From: a virus
Virus record (IMG/VR): IMGVR_UViG_3300001201_000001
Location: 1 to 47,783 of that record
Direction: 5' to 3' (one strand)
Length of the DNA: 47,783 nucleotides
In this document: one piece after another, positions 1 to 7,685 of the stretch
How positions within the stretch are numbered: the stretch's first letter is position 1
Layout: each line of letters begins with the position of its first letter
Notes under the pieces: model-generated
Database searches by the model: none
What the model was told of the DNA's origin: nothing
The model's input: the letters and a program-made list of their open reading frames with translations, nothing else
Made by a program: the position numbers and the translations under genes

Positions 1-49
1 GGATGTCGCGGGCCATTTCGAGTCGGGTAAATTGATTGTTGGCGTGGTG
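1..49. repeat. 49-bp terminal direct repeat, identical to 47735..47783 (circular or circularly permuted genome, or assembly overlap)
   Basis: GGATGTCGCGGGCCATTTCGAGTCGGGTAAATTGATTGTTGGCGTGGTG is present at both window ends in the same orientation, 49/49 identical. Confidence 0.95.
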
Positions 50-154
50 CTTTGATAGCTTTCCAGTTCCGATCCAACGGGGATAAACACCCTGTCTCAT
101 CTTCAACTCTCGGTTCAATTCCTTCACGGTTTCTTTTCGGGATAGATTTCTCAT
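1..154 (-). CDS. hypothetical protein; N-terminal part of an 80-aa ORF that crosses the window ends and continues at 47734
   Basis: ATG 154-152 overlaps the TGA of the upstream gene (ATGA). MRNLSRKETVKELNRELKMRQGVYPRWIGTGKLSKHHANNQFTRLEMARDI stays open to position 1 and joins in frame with 47734..47646. It is too short in each piece to appear in the ORF track. Confidence 0.6.
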   Translation of the reverse strand, partial: MRNLSRKETVKELNRELKMRQGVYPRWIGTGKLSKHHANNQFTRLEMARDI

Positions 155-747
155 AGTTCGGGCCAGTTGGCTTTTAAGTATTCATAATAGTCGCCCAGTA
201 ACTGGTCGGCTTTTTCCGAAGTGTCGTCAGATTGTGACGCGACATTGTAGCCGTCGATGATGTCCCGAAGACCTTGGCCTATTTCTTCCGATTTGAAGTA
301 GTGAAGGACCGCAACGAAGTAGCGCTCCCAATATGGAGTTTCGTCCGCCGTTCCTTCTATTTCCGAATCGGTCGCGTCTTCGCGTTGAAGGATAAGACCG
401 AGCGGGCTGGTGGGGATCGCGTTGTAAGTCTTCGCCCGTATTTCACCAGCTACGGCGGCGGCGGTTGGTGTGATCCGATGCAAGGCGTAACGGTTCGGCC
501 AGTTCTTGTGAAGTAGTTTGTCGATTTCCTTGCCAAGTCTTTGAACAGTTGCCTCGTCGATGTCGATCCAAAGCGTTCGCTCGTTTGTCTTGGTCAGGAA
601 CGCGATGGCTTCGCGTTCGCCGATGTAGTTCATCAATACCCAGGCGGTGTATTTTATCCAACCGGCCTGTTCGGTTATACCCCCGTCGTGAAGATTTCGG
701 GTCACAACGGAAAGGGGAAGGATTAAGTCGATTTGTGTGGGTTTCAT
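151..747 (-). CDS. hypothetical protein
   Basis: 198-aa ORF. Its ATG overlaps the stop of the upstream gene (ATGA at 744-747). No motif recognised. Confidence 0.75.
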   Translation of the reverse strand: MKPTQIDLILPLSVVTRNLHDGGITEQAGWIKYTAWVLMNYIGEREAIAFLTKTNERTLWIDIDEATVQRLGKEIDKLLHKNWPNRYALHRITPTAAAVAGEIRAKTYNAIPTSPLGLILQREDATDSEIEGTADETPYWERYFVAVLHYFKSEEIGQGLRDIIDGYNVASQSDDTSEKADQLLGDYYEYLKANWPEL

Positions 748-1307
748 TGGTTTGTGTTTTTTGGTTGGTTGTCTTGCGCTTGGCGCTTGCCGTAGGTTTG
801 GGTGGTGTAGTGAATCAGTCGGCCGGTCCAGCTGGTGTACTTGTCACACCCGCCAGGAAAGAACCAGCTTTTAAAGTCTTCAACGGTTTGGAATCCATCG
901 TTGAAAATAAGGCGGCGCATCTCCCACTTATCCAATACAACGCCGTCAACCTTGATGGTCAAGGTGGCTGCGCCTGGTGAATAACCTATTACGATCTTCT
1001 GAACGCTGACCACCGGAACGGCTGGCGCAAATTTGAACTTAGGCCCGTACATCGGACCGGTCGCGGGTTGGAACTCGAGCCGGTCGTGCCACCGTTCTTT
1101 TCCCTTGAATTCCCGCATGGTATGAATCTTAGGCCGAAGGTTGTCCGGGATAATTTTCTCCGCGCTGCCTTGTGATTGGGCGGCGATAAGGAGGGATGTA
1201 GCCTCTTCGGATGTTATCAGACCAGCGGACAAGTAGCCCAAGAGAATCTTGGGGACAAAGTGGGTAGGTGTCCCGTCCTTTAGTTTGGTAGTGAATTTTG
1301 CAATCAT
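744..1307 (-). CDS. hypothetical protein, possibly ASCH/PUA-like fold
   Basis: 187 aa. The pattern KIHTMRE..RW..VDG..NDGF..DF..WF..GRLIHYT resembles small ASCH-like phage proteins. The ATG directly abuts the AATCAATTCGAC box. Confidence 0.6.
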   Translation of the reverse strand: MIAKFTTKLKDGTPTHFVPKILLGYLSAGLITSEEATSLLIAAQSQGSAEKIIPDNLRPKIHTMREFKGKERWHDRLEFQPATGPMYGPKFKFAPAVPVVSVQKIVIGYSPGAATLTIKVDGVVLDKWEMRRLIFNDGFQTVEDFKSWFFPGGCDKYTSWTGRLIHYTTQTYGKRQAQDNQPKNTNQ

Positions 1308-1319
1308 GTCGAATTGATT
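1308..1319 (-). promoter_or_regulatory. start-proximal box AATCAATTCGAC
   Basis: + strand GTCGAATTGATT; 0 nt spacer to ATG 1307. Confidence 0.7.
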
Positions 1320-1460
1320 TTTTTGGTGATGTCTTTCGCTGGTTTCTTATCCGTCGAAAGTGCGCTCGTGCTTCCCGATTCCGGCGGCGGTGGGCTCGGT
1401 ATTGAATCCATTCCCGCCGCAGGTAACTGGCCAGCACGAGCGCGATGATGATGGCCACCA

Positions 1461-1937
1461 TTAAGCCTCCGCCGTTTTCTTCGCGGCAACGGTTCCAGTC
1501 GCGGTGGATTTCTTCGGACGGCCGACCTTTTTGACGACGGCACCGCCATCGGGTTCGCCGGGATCCTGCGGCGTTCCTCCCTTAGCGGCGTTTTTCATTT
1601 CGTCGATTTGGTCGAGGAGGTTGGTTTGGCCTTCGCCTTTCGCGATGTCTTCGCCAGCATTTTCGCGGCGGCGGCGGTCAACGTCAGCGAATAGCACGTC
1701 GCAGCATTTGTCGAATGTTTCCATGTACGCCTCCCGAAGTTCGGCGCGGTCGGCTTCCACGTCATTCAACATGGAGGAGGTGACCTTCAACGAGAAGGAA
1801 CCGTTGGGGGCGGCCTTGCTTCCGCCGAAGGTCATCGGACCGGTGATAAACTTTTCCTTGCCTTGGATTTCGAGCGGCGTATTGATTGCCCGGCGTTCCT
1901 GCTCTTTGGTGATTTGAATGTCGAAGTTGTTGGACAT
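1461..1937 (-). CDS. hypothetical protein with a basic AT-hook-like C-terminal tail
   Basis: Start moved to ATG 1937; the ORF-track TTG 2027 extension runs through the leader. 158 aa with a GRPKK motif near the C-terminus. Confidence 0.7.
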   Translation of the reverse strand: MSNNFDIQITKEQERRAINTPLEIQGKEKFITGPMTFGGSKAAPNGSFSLKVTSSMLNDVEADRAELREAYMETFDKCCDVLFADVDRRRRENAGEDIAKGEGQTNLLDQIDEMKNAAKGGTPQDPGEPDGGAVVKKVGRPKKSTATGTVAAKKTAEA

Positions 1938-2001
1938 TGGTGAATTGGTTAAAAAGGATGAATGAAATGACCCGGCCAGCGTGGTCGGATCGGAGTGATT
2001 T

Positions 2002-2253
2002 TTATTGGTCGTCTTCGATTTTTTCAACGTAGTTGTCGGTGATCGTGTCGATTTGACTTTTTACCGCCATTCGGACGATGTAGGTAGTCACGCCATAAGC
2101 AACCCACCAGGGCGCGAACCAAACAAATATCGCGGTGAAGTAAAACGCGGTGGACGAGGCTCCGGATGCCAAAGCCAGGAGGGTCATCGTTATCGGCCAA
2201 TCATCAAAGGCGCGGCGTATCGCGGCTTTTCGTTGTGGTGTCTCGGTAGGCAT
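2002..2253 (-). CDS. small membrane protein with 2 TM helices (holin-like topology, function unknown)
   Basis: 83 aa from ATG 2253, which is preceded by the box. Hydrophobic segments ITMTLLALASGASSTAFYFTAIF and FAPWWVAYGVTTYIV, followed by a charged C-terminus. Confidence 0.65.
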   Translation of the reverse strand: MPTETPQRKAAIRRAFDDWPITMTLLALASGASSTAFYFTAIFVWFAPWWVAYGVTTYIVRMAVKSQIDTITDNYVEKIEDDQ

Positions 2254-2257
2254 TGTT

Positions 2258-2269
2258 GTCGAATTGATT
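2258..2269 (-). promoter_or_regulatory. start-proximal box AATCAATTCGAC
   Basis: GTCGAATTGATT on + strand; 4 nt spacer to ATG 2253. Confidence 0.7.
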
Positions 2270-2276
2270 GAAGTGA

Positions 2277-3020
2277 TTAAAGTAATTCCATCTGCGTCCC
2301 CTTGGTCATCCGGTTCTGCGCGATGTTGAAGTAGTGCGTTGATAATTCCCAGCCGATGTAGGTGAACCCCATCGCGGCCGCGCAACGGATCGACGCGCCG
2401 TAACCGACGAAAGGGTCGCAGATAACCGTCTCGGGTTTCCCGCTGGTGTAGTCCCGGTATAGGGATTTGTAAAGTGCTGGCGGCTTTTCGTTGGGGTGTT
2501 GAATTTGGGCGGGGTGGACGCGGGTGGTTCGTATGACGCTGAACGGGCGCTTGCCTTCAAATTCGTACCGGCCTTTGGTGCAGTAGAGTATCAGTTCGTG
2601 CTGCGGTGCCGGGCATCCCTTCAAGTCTCCCATCCCGTGTAGGTTCTTATCCCATACAATCTCGTAAACCAGGGTGAAGCCAGCGGCGCGGGCGGCGGCT
2701 TGGAAGACGGCCGCAACATCCCAACGGTAAAAGATGAACAGGCGACCGCCAGGCTTTAGGATTCGGTAGGCTTCATCAAGCCATCCGACGAACGGCGCGT
2801 CGTCGTTCAGTATCTTCTCCAACGGTCCCCGGTTGCACCGGTGGTTACTTTGGAAGTCGATCCCATAAGGCGGGTCGACGGGCATCAAGTCTACGGAATC
2901 GGATGGAATTGACGGAAGACCAACGACGGGGTCAAGGCAGTCCGCGTTGATAAATTTACTTTTCACGGCGGGCGCGTTTAATTTCTGCCAGGCCGACTGC
3001 AGTGGTGGCGTTGGTAGCAA
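2277..3020 (-). CDS. DNA methyltransferase, beta-class N6-adenine/N4-cytosine (N6_N4_Mtase family), orphan
   Basis: DPPYG (motif IV) precedes FVGYGAS (motif I, FxGxG) near the C-terminus. No restriction enzyme nearby. An in-frame GTG at 2966 would cut the overlap with the upstream gene from 65 to 11 nt. Confidence 0.8.
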   Translation of the reverse strand: MLPTPPLQSAWQKLNAPAVKSKFINADCLDPVVGLPSIPSDSVDLMPVDPPYGIDFQSNHRCNRGPLEKILNDDAPFVGWLDEAYRILKPGGRLFIFYRWDVAAVFQAAARAAGFTLVYEIVWDKNLHGMGDLKGCPAPQHELILYCTKGRYEFEGKRPFSVIRTTRVHPAQIQHPNEKPPALYKSLYRDYTSGKPETVICDPFVGYGASIRCAAAMGFTYIGWELSTHYFNIAQNRMTKGTQMELL

Positions 3021-3321
3021 TGACGGGAATCCCCAAATCGAGGGCGAGGTTGGCTTCGATAATCATTCCGGCGCTAACGGTGTGGCCATAGAGCCGGATG
3101 ATGTCCACCGCTCCGGACTTGATCAGCGCTTCGTTGTTAGCCATCCCCCGGGCGCGTTGTTTGGGGTCGTCATCATCAAGGACGCGAAGGTCTACGAGGT
3201 AAGGGGCAAACGGGACGACGTGCGGCTCGGTCGTGTTGACCTGGCGGACGATAGCCTCGACGCGCTTGATGTTGGCGGAAACGTCCCCGCCGATGGGGTG
3301 TGCGATGTAAGCGATTAACAT
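2956..3321 (-). CDS. possible nucleoside 2-deoxyribosyltransferase-like (DUF4406-like) protein
   Basis: 121 aa. N-terminal YIAHPIGGD and C-terminal VSAGMIIEANLALDLGIPV resemble the Rossmann-like deoxyribosyltransferase/Rcl fold with a catalytic Glu. Confidence 0.45.
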   Translation of the reverse strand: MLIAYIAHPIGGDVSANIKRVEAIVRQVNTTEPHVVPFAPYLVDLRVLDDDDPKQRARGMANNEALIKSGAVDIIRLYGHTVSAGMIIEANLALDLGIPVIATNATTAVGLAEIKRARREK

Positions 3322-3325
3322 GATT

Positions 3326-3613
3326 CTATTTTTTTGCCTGTTTGTCCGAGATTCGCTTCCAATCAGGCGAAAACGCTAAAGCCGTTTCCTCCGTCACGCA
3401 ATGCGGCGCAGCCCTTTTAAACAATTCACCCTCGAAGGACGACCACCCGCCGTCTTTTCTTCTTTCCGTTTCGTATTCTTCGGAGGATAATGGTCGGAAA
3501 GTGTCACCAGTCCTAGCCAGTATTTTCATGATGTTCTGCGCGATGACTTCGACTTCGTTTTTTTGTTCGAGGCTATTCATCGGAAACCTGTTTTTAAAAT
3601 CAGATGGTGTCAT
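3326..3613 (-). CDS. hypothetical protein
   Basis: 95-aa ORF; ATG 3613 is preceded by a one-mismatch copy of the box. Confidence 0.7.
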   Translation of the reverse strand: MTPSDFKNRFPMNSLEQKNEVEVIAQNIMKILARTGDTFRPLSSEEYETERRKDGGWSSFEGELFKRAAPHCVTEETALAFSPDWKRISDKQAKK

Positions 3614-3617
3614 AATT

Positions 3618-3629
3618 GTCGAATTTATT
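3618..3629 (-). promoter_or_regulatory. start-proximal box, variant AATAAATTCGAC
   Basis: GTCGAATTTATT on + strand; 4 nt spacer to ATG 3613. Confidence 0.55.
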
Positions 3630-3637
3630 GAGTTTGA

Positions 3638-4609
3638 TTATTCACCGGCTTCCCGGCGTGTTTGTAGATCGGCCTGGCTCTTGATGTGGTTGGCCATCAG
3701 TTCCGCCGCGTCCTTGGTGTTGATGAAGGTGTCGGATTCCATTCGGACGTTCGGGCGGGCCGACCGTTCAAACGGGTCACCCTTCGCGGCCAGGTGGTCG
3801 TTGTAGATTTTGTTGGCCGACCATTCGCTGCGGTCGTCAAACATTGTGGAGAACATCGTGTACAAAGTCGCGTAGTCGATGTTAAAAGTTCGGTTGGTCG
3901 CGGTGTCCTGACCGCTTGCCAGGTTGAGGACCATCTTCACCTGAGCCAACGTCAGGCTGGGGAAGTCCTTGATGATCGCCGCCGCCAGTTCCCGAACCAA
4001 CGCCGGGGTGATGTCCGACCGCTTCCCGAACTTCAACAGGAACAACTCGACCATCTTGGCAATCAATGCCTCGGCCTTGGTGTCGCCTTTGTAGGCACGA
4101 AGGGAAACCATCGTCACCGACCGGAAGCGTTCACAGTCTTCCCACGTTCGCGGGCGGATGGAAGTATCGAAGGCGAACTCTTTGGCTTCGTAAGCGGCAA
4201 GCGCCGGGCCGATGTCGAAGCGTTGCCGTCCGATGATCCCCCGAAGGCGCTCGAGGTCTTCGTCGTCAGCTTCGGCAACCAACGCGCCAAACCGATAAAA
4301 GAACTGGGAATCGATTCCCATCATCCGCTTCCGGTTCGGGGTCATCTTTTCGGTGGTGACCGTCTTGGTGATGATCGCGCCAGGCTTGCCGTCTTCATCG
4401 ACTTCACGCATCGGAACCATCAACGGCTTGCCAAGGATTCCAACCCGGGGGTTTCCGTCTTCATCCAGCGGGGTGTGTAGAACAGGCTCCTCCTTTTCCG
4501 TGGTGATCGTTCCGGCGTGGCCGCGAAGATGTTCCAAGATGTCCCGGCCACGTTGCGGGACTTCGGCCAAGGTAAGCGGCTGGTCGTATGCGGTTAATTG
4601 CTGGCTCAT
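3638..4609 (-). CDS. hypothetical protein of the replication module
   Basis: 323-aa ORF starting 3 nt after the stop of the initiator gene; no motif recognised. Confidence 0.75.
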   Translation of the reverse strand: MSQQLTAYDQPLTLAEVPQRGRDILEHLRGHAGTITTEKEEPVLHTPLDEDGNPRVGILGKPLMVPMREVDEDGKPGAIITKTVTTEKMTPNRKRMMGIDSQFFYRFGALVAEADDEDLERLRGIIGRQRFDIGPALAAYEAKEFAFDTSIRPRTWEDCERFRSVTMVSLRAYKGDTKAEALIAKMVELFLLKFGKRSDITPALVRELAAAIIKDFPSLTLAQVKMVLNLASGQDTATNRTFNIDYATLYTMFSTMFDDRSEWSANKIYNDHLAAKGDPFERSARPNVRMESDTFINTKDAAELMANHIKSQADLQTRREAGE

Positions 4610-4611
4610 GA

Positions 4612-5583
4612 TTAGAAGTTTGCGAGGGTGTCGAATTGTTGGGCGGATTCCGTGTCCGGTACATATCCGCCGCCGCTTGCTTCAGCGGCTTTGGCATCGA
4701 TGAAGATTTGCGCGAACTTCGGGTCATCCTTGGCCATCCGAGCCGCGTCCAAGTATCCCTCGGCTTTTGATCCGAACAATGTGGAAGGGCGAACCCATAC
4801 CCGGGACTTTGGTTTGTCGTTCCATTCGAAGACCTTCATCGTGACCATGTCCTTCAAATGGTCGACGGTGTACTTGCGCTTTAGTAGGGAAATAATTCCG
4901 GCGCGGTTTTTTTTCCCGCCGGGCATATCCTGACGGGCGAAGTCGCGGCCCGCGATGGTGTTCAAAAATATCAACACCTCGTCGGCTTCGGCATTGCGGT
5001 CAACCGCGCTTTTCTTTTTCGCGGAATTTTTTCTTTTTCCCGGAGACGCTGTCGCGTCAGAATCATCGAAGAGGGAAGACTGGCCAGCGCCGCCGTCGTG
5101 GTTTACCACGATGCCCGACACGGTTCCTTCTTCCTCTTTATATTCTTCTTTATGGTATTCTTCTTTATATGTCGGATTTAAATCCGAGCCAACTCGGATT
5201 TGATTCCGACCTGTTTCGGATTTAAATCCGAGTTTAGTCGGATTTAAATCCGAGTTTTCCCGGTAGTTGGCGTTGTTCCATTGCTTCGCGTATTCGCTGA
5301 CAACGTGGACGAGGTCTTTCGTTCCATGCTTTTCAAGCATAACCAGCCCCTTTTTTTCAAGGCTTCGGTAGATTCGGTACATGGTGTCCACCTTGGTCGT
5401 GACGATGGGAAGATTTGAACAGGCCATCGGCTTCGCGGCGAAGTAGTAAATGCGGCCACCGATGACGATGGATTCGGCCCAGTTGGATAGTCGGGTAAAG
5501 AACCAAAAAACAGCGGCTTCGCTTTGGGTCAGATTGTGACGCAACGCGAACACCTGGTCGATGTAGAGGGTGCGTTGGATCAT
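4612..5583 (-). CDS. replication initiator, DnaD-like with a phage C-terminal domain (Phg_2220_C/TIGR02220-like)
   Basis: The C-terminal segment VLIFLNTIAGRDFAR..LLKRKYTVDHLKDMVTMKVFEWNDKPKSRVWVRPSTLFGSKAEGYLD matches the conserved phage replication-protein C-terminus. The N-terminus is wHTH-like. The start is set at ATG 5583 because the ORF-track GTG 5703 extension crosses a terminator hairpin. The iteron array lies in the interdomain linker. Confidence 0.7.
   Translation of the reverse strand: MIQRTLYIDQVFALRHNLTQSEAAVFWFFTRLSNWAESIVIGGRIYYFAAKPMACSNLPIVTTKVDTMYRIYRSLEKKGLVMLEKHGTKDLVHVVSEYAKQWNNANYRENSDLNPTKLGFKSETGRNQIRVGSDLNPTYKEEYHKEEYKEEEGTVSGIVVNHDGGAGQSSLFDDSDATASPGKRKNSAKKKSAVDRNAEADEVLIFLNTIAGRDFARQDMPGGKKNRAGIISLLKRKYTVDHLKDMVTMKVFEWNDKPKSRVWVRPSTLFGSKAEGYLDAARMAKDDPKFAQIFIDAKAAEASGGGYVPDTESAQQFDTLANF
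5141..5168. repeat. two AT-rich 13-mers (TATTCTTCTTTAT) 15 bp apart; possible DNA unwinding element
   Basis: 5141-5153 and 5156-5168 are identical and lie within an AT-rich stretch (5125-5171) directly flanking the iterons. Confidence 0.5.
5172..5253. repeat. iteron array: four 16-bp palindromes TCGGATTTAAATCCGA at exact 22-bp spacing (putative origin of replication)
   Basis: Copies at 5172-5187, 5194-5209 (TCGGATTTGATTCCGA, 2 mismatches), 5216-5231 and 5238-5253; three are perfect palindromes. The array sits inside the initiator gene. Confidence 0.7.
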
Positions 5584-5611
5584 TTGAAGTAGATAAATTT
5601 CATGATTGTTG

Positions 5612-5664
5612 TTTGTAAAATTGAAGAACCCGCAGCGAACGGGTGAGAGCGTTCGTGCGGGTTC
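5612..5664 (-). terminator. rho-independent terminator candidate
   Basis: Stem GAACCCGCA/TGCGGGTTC (5626-5634/5656-5664) plus inner stem CGAACG/CGTTCG, followed on the coding strand by TTCAATTTTAC. It lies downstream of the 5775..6263 gene. Confidence 0.6.
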
Positions 5665-5774
5665 GTGGGTTTGGTAGCCACCCAGGTCGTGCAAGCCTCT
5701 CACCGCTTGGACGATCTGTATCGTGACACGAATATAGTCCTAAGACCGGACCCGCGCAAGACGTAGCGGCTTTT

Positions 5775-6263
5775 TTAAAAGTAGACGACTTCGCCACCTT
5801 CACCCGGCCAGGGGATTTTTGCGCCCGTGTATTGGATCACCCAACGGTGGGCGCGGTCCATCATCGCGCTGAAGTCGTGGCGTTTCATCGCCGAAGACTT
5901 CACGGTTGGGTCAAGATATTCGACGGCCATCGGTTCGCCGTCTTCGCCGTAGATGTACCGGGCATCTTTCCCCCACACCAACTCGAGCAGACCGTAGTGA
6001 AGATCCAGCCGGTGTTTGTAATCTTCCGGGTGAAGATGATCCCAGCCGAGGTGATGGTGAAGGATTTCGGCAAGGAACGGGATGAACGTCCCCATCCAGT
6101 ACCCGTTTTGGGACTTGGACCGAAGGGTGTCGGACCGCATCGCCACCAGCGTCACCGGCTGGCCTTTGAATTGGTCGTTGATCGTTTCGATCATTCCCTC
6201 CGGCCATTGGTGAACGTTGTCGGTTTTGTTCCATACCCCGGTGAAGTAGATACGTTTAGCCAT
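5775..6263 (-). CDS. hypothetical protein, weak NinB/Orf-like recombination-mediator signature
   Basis: 162 aa; LRSKSQNGYWMG resembles the RSxxQNxxxW motif of lambda NinB-type proteins. Confidence 0.4.
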   Translation of the reverse strand: MAKRIYFTGVWNKTDNVHQWPEGMIETINDQFKGQPVTLVAMRSDTLRSKSQNGYWMGTFIPFLAEILHHHLGWDHLHPEDYKHRLDLHYGLLELVWGKDARYIYGEDGEPMAVEYLDPTVKSSAMKRHDFSAMMDRAHRWVIQYTGAKIPWPGEGGEVVYF

Positions 6264-6267
6264 TGGT

Positions 6268-6627
6268 TCAAAAAGGTAAGTCGTCGTTCATGTCTTCCAT
6301 CGTGACCGGTGTTTGTCCTGGTATCAATCGAAGACGAACAAGGCGCAGAATGTATTTTGTCAACCAAGGCCCGTCGGGGTTGATGTCCGGGTATTCATCT
6401 TTATCCCATTTGAACGCGACCTCGTACCAAACCCCGGAGGTCTTCGCTAATTGGATAAGGTCGTCGTCAAGTTCAACGGCTGTGAACATCGCCTCGGACA
6501 TCAGTTCAAATACTTCGGGACCAATGCCCCAACGTTGAAGAACATCGGTGACAATCATCCCTTTGTGATTCCAAAGGGCGAGGCCGCTTTCTTGTCTTGG
6601 TTCTAAAAATATGTTTGCTACTATCAT
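6268..6627 (-). CDS. hypothetical protein
   Basis: 119-aa ORF; ATG 6627 is preceded by the box. Confidence 0.7.
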   Translation of the reverse strand: MIVANIFLEPRQESGLALWNHKGMIVTDVLQRWGIGPEVFELMSEAMFTAVELDDDLIQLAKTSGVWYEVAFKWDKDEYPDINPDGPWLTKYILRLVRLRLIPGQTPVTMEDMNDDLPF

Positions 6628-6631
6628 TTAT

Positions 6632-6643
6632 GTCGAATTGATG
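6632..6643 (-). promoter_or_regulatory. start-proximal box (TTCACCCCC)ATCAATTCGAC
   Basis: GTCGAATTGATG on + strand; 4 nt spacer to ATG 6627. Confidence 0.7.
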
Positions 6644-6652
6644 GGGGTGAAT

Positions 6653-6973
6653 TTATTCGGGGAAGATTTGACGGATGGCCATGTTGTAGGCTTGCATGGA
6701 TTCCCAAAGGGTGACGCTGTCCGTTTCGGCCTGGTAGAACAGGTGGCCAGTCCACCACACAAAGACCGAATCGGTCGGGGTGTCGGTGGTCCGCCGTTGG
6801 TAATAGATGTCGATGGGTATGCCGTCAACATCAAGGCCGGGGGTTTTGTAGATGAAGGCCGCGCAACCACCGACCGTCAGGCTGTCGGCAAATCCTGACG
6901 TTTTGCAGTCGAATGACTGGGCGAACACCAGGAGCGGGAAGACGATGGCGGCGATGGTTGCTCGGAATTTCAT
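6653..6973 (-). CDS. small secreted protein (signal peptide)
   Basis: Start set at ATG 6973. The N-terminus MKFRATIAAIVFPLLVFAQS is a typical Sec signal. 106 aa. Confidence 0.65.
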   Translation of the reverse strand: MKFRATIAAIVFPLLVFAQSFDCKTSGFADSLTVGGCAAFIYKTPGLDVDGIPIDIYYQRRTTDTPTDSVFVWWTGHLFYQAETDSVTLWESMQAYNMAIRQIFPE

Positions 6974-7004
6974 GGGGTTGGATTGTGCTGGCCAGGTGGC
7001 CGGG

Positions 7005-7658
7005 TTATTTGATGTGGTTGACGACACCGTTCTCGTCAGGCTCTCCCCACTTTCGTTTGGTGTTGATCAAGTGTTTACGCTTGGCGGCGCTTAACAGTTG
7101 GGGCATGGTCAGCTTTGCCCGTCTTGCCGCTTGGATCAGTAGGATAAATGCGTCGGCATATTCCAAGGCATCGAAGGGGGCGGCAATAAGTTCGTCCACC
7201 TCTTGACGAAGGTGATGAAGTGGGGGAACAGGATCGCCGGCACCGCCAAAAGTCTTGTCGGCGAACGCGGTGATTTCACTTTGGAAGGCTTGCCATTCGT
7301 CCAGTTGCTCGTCGAAGTCTTCGGGTCGGTAGTCCTCCAAGGTTTCCAATATAGCCGAACGGTCAGGATGATCGTCAGGGACCAGGGTGGCCAGTTGGTT
7401 CACCCGGCGGTGATACATCCCGAACATAACGATCACGCTCTCGGTGTCTTCGATGTGTCTCCGGACGGCGTGGTATCTGTCGTGAAGTTCCAGCGCGATG
7501 TTGCGAATGATTGTCGTCTGCTTATCGGTAATGGTCACCTTTTTCGGCTGGTCCGGTAGTAGGTCAACGTAAGCCTCGAGGAGATTCCTGGTGTTTGAAT
7601 TTGGTGGGATAGACTGGCGCAGTTTATGCAAGGCCATTCCTATTTCGATGTTTTCCAT
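7005..7658 (-). CDS. protein with a C-terminal MazG-like/DUF550-like nucleotide pyrophosphohydrolase domain
   Basis: 217 aa; LHHLRQEVDEL..EYADAFILLIQAARRA..INTKRKWGEPDENGVVNH resembles all-alpha MazG/DUF550 domains. Confidence 0.5.
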   Translation of the reverse strand: MENIEIGMALHKLRQSIPPNSNTRNLLEAYVDLLPDQPKKVTITDKQTTIIRNIALELHDRYHAVRRHIEDTESVIVMFGMYHRRVNQLATLVPDDHPDRSAILETLEDYRPEDFDEQLDEWQAFQSEITAFADKTFGGAGDPVPPLHHLRQEVDELIAAPFDALEYADAFILLIQAARRAKLTMPQLLSAAKRKHLINTKRKWGEPDENGVVNHIK

Positions 7659-7662
7659 CTTG

Positions 7663-7674
7663 GTCGAATTGATT
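7663..7674 (-). promoter_or_regulatory. start-proximal box AATCAATTCGAC
   Basis: GTCGAATTGATT on + strand; 4 nt spacer to ATG 7658. Confidence 0.7.
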
Positions 7675-7685
7675 GGTGTGAATAA

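Noticed and set aside
1-49. Interpreting the 49-bp repeat as a genuine physical direct terminal repeat of the virion DNA
   Set aside because: The repeat falls in the middle of an ORF and its length is compatible with an assembler k-mer overlap. The sequence alone cannot distinguish a DTR from a circular-assembly artefact, so only circular closure is claimed.
4612-5703. N-terminal extensions offered by the ORF track (4612..5703, 1461..2027, 2002..2385, 6653..7027, 9104..10267, 10753..11322, 11165..11497, 11482..11733, 12482..12868, 43636..43899, 44845..45165, 45482..46096)
   Set aside because: The extensions start at GTG/TTG or upstream ATGs. They read through terminator hairpins or through the conserved leader box, which is translated as the recurrent artefact peptide INST or QFD, or they overlap better-supported genes. 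Internal ATG or GTG starts with box or ATGA/GTGA context were used instead.
6641-6650. SD-like GGGGGTGA followed by ATG on the plus strand at several intergenic sites (for example 6641, 10729, 11451)
   Set aside because: These are simply the reverse complement of the TCACCCCC part of the minus-strand leader box. The plus-strand ORFs that follow are short antisense shadows.
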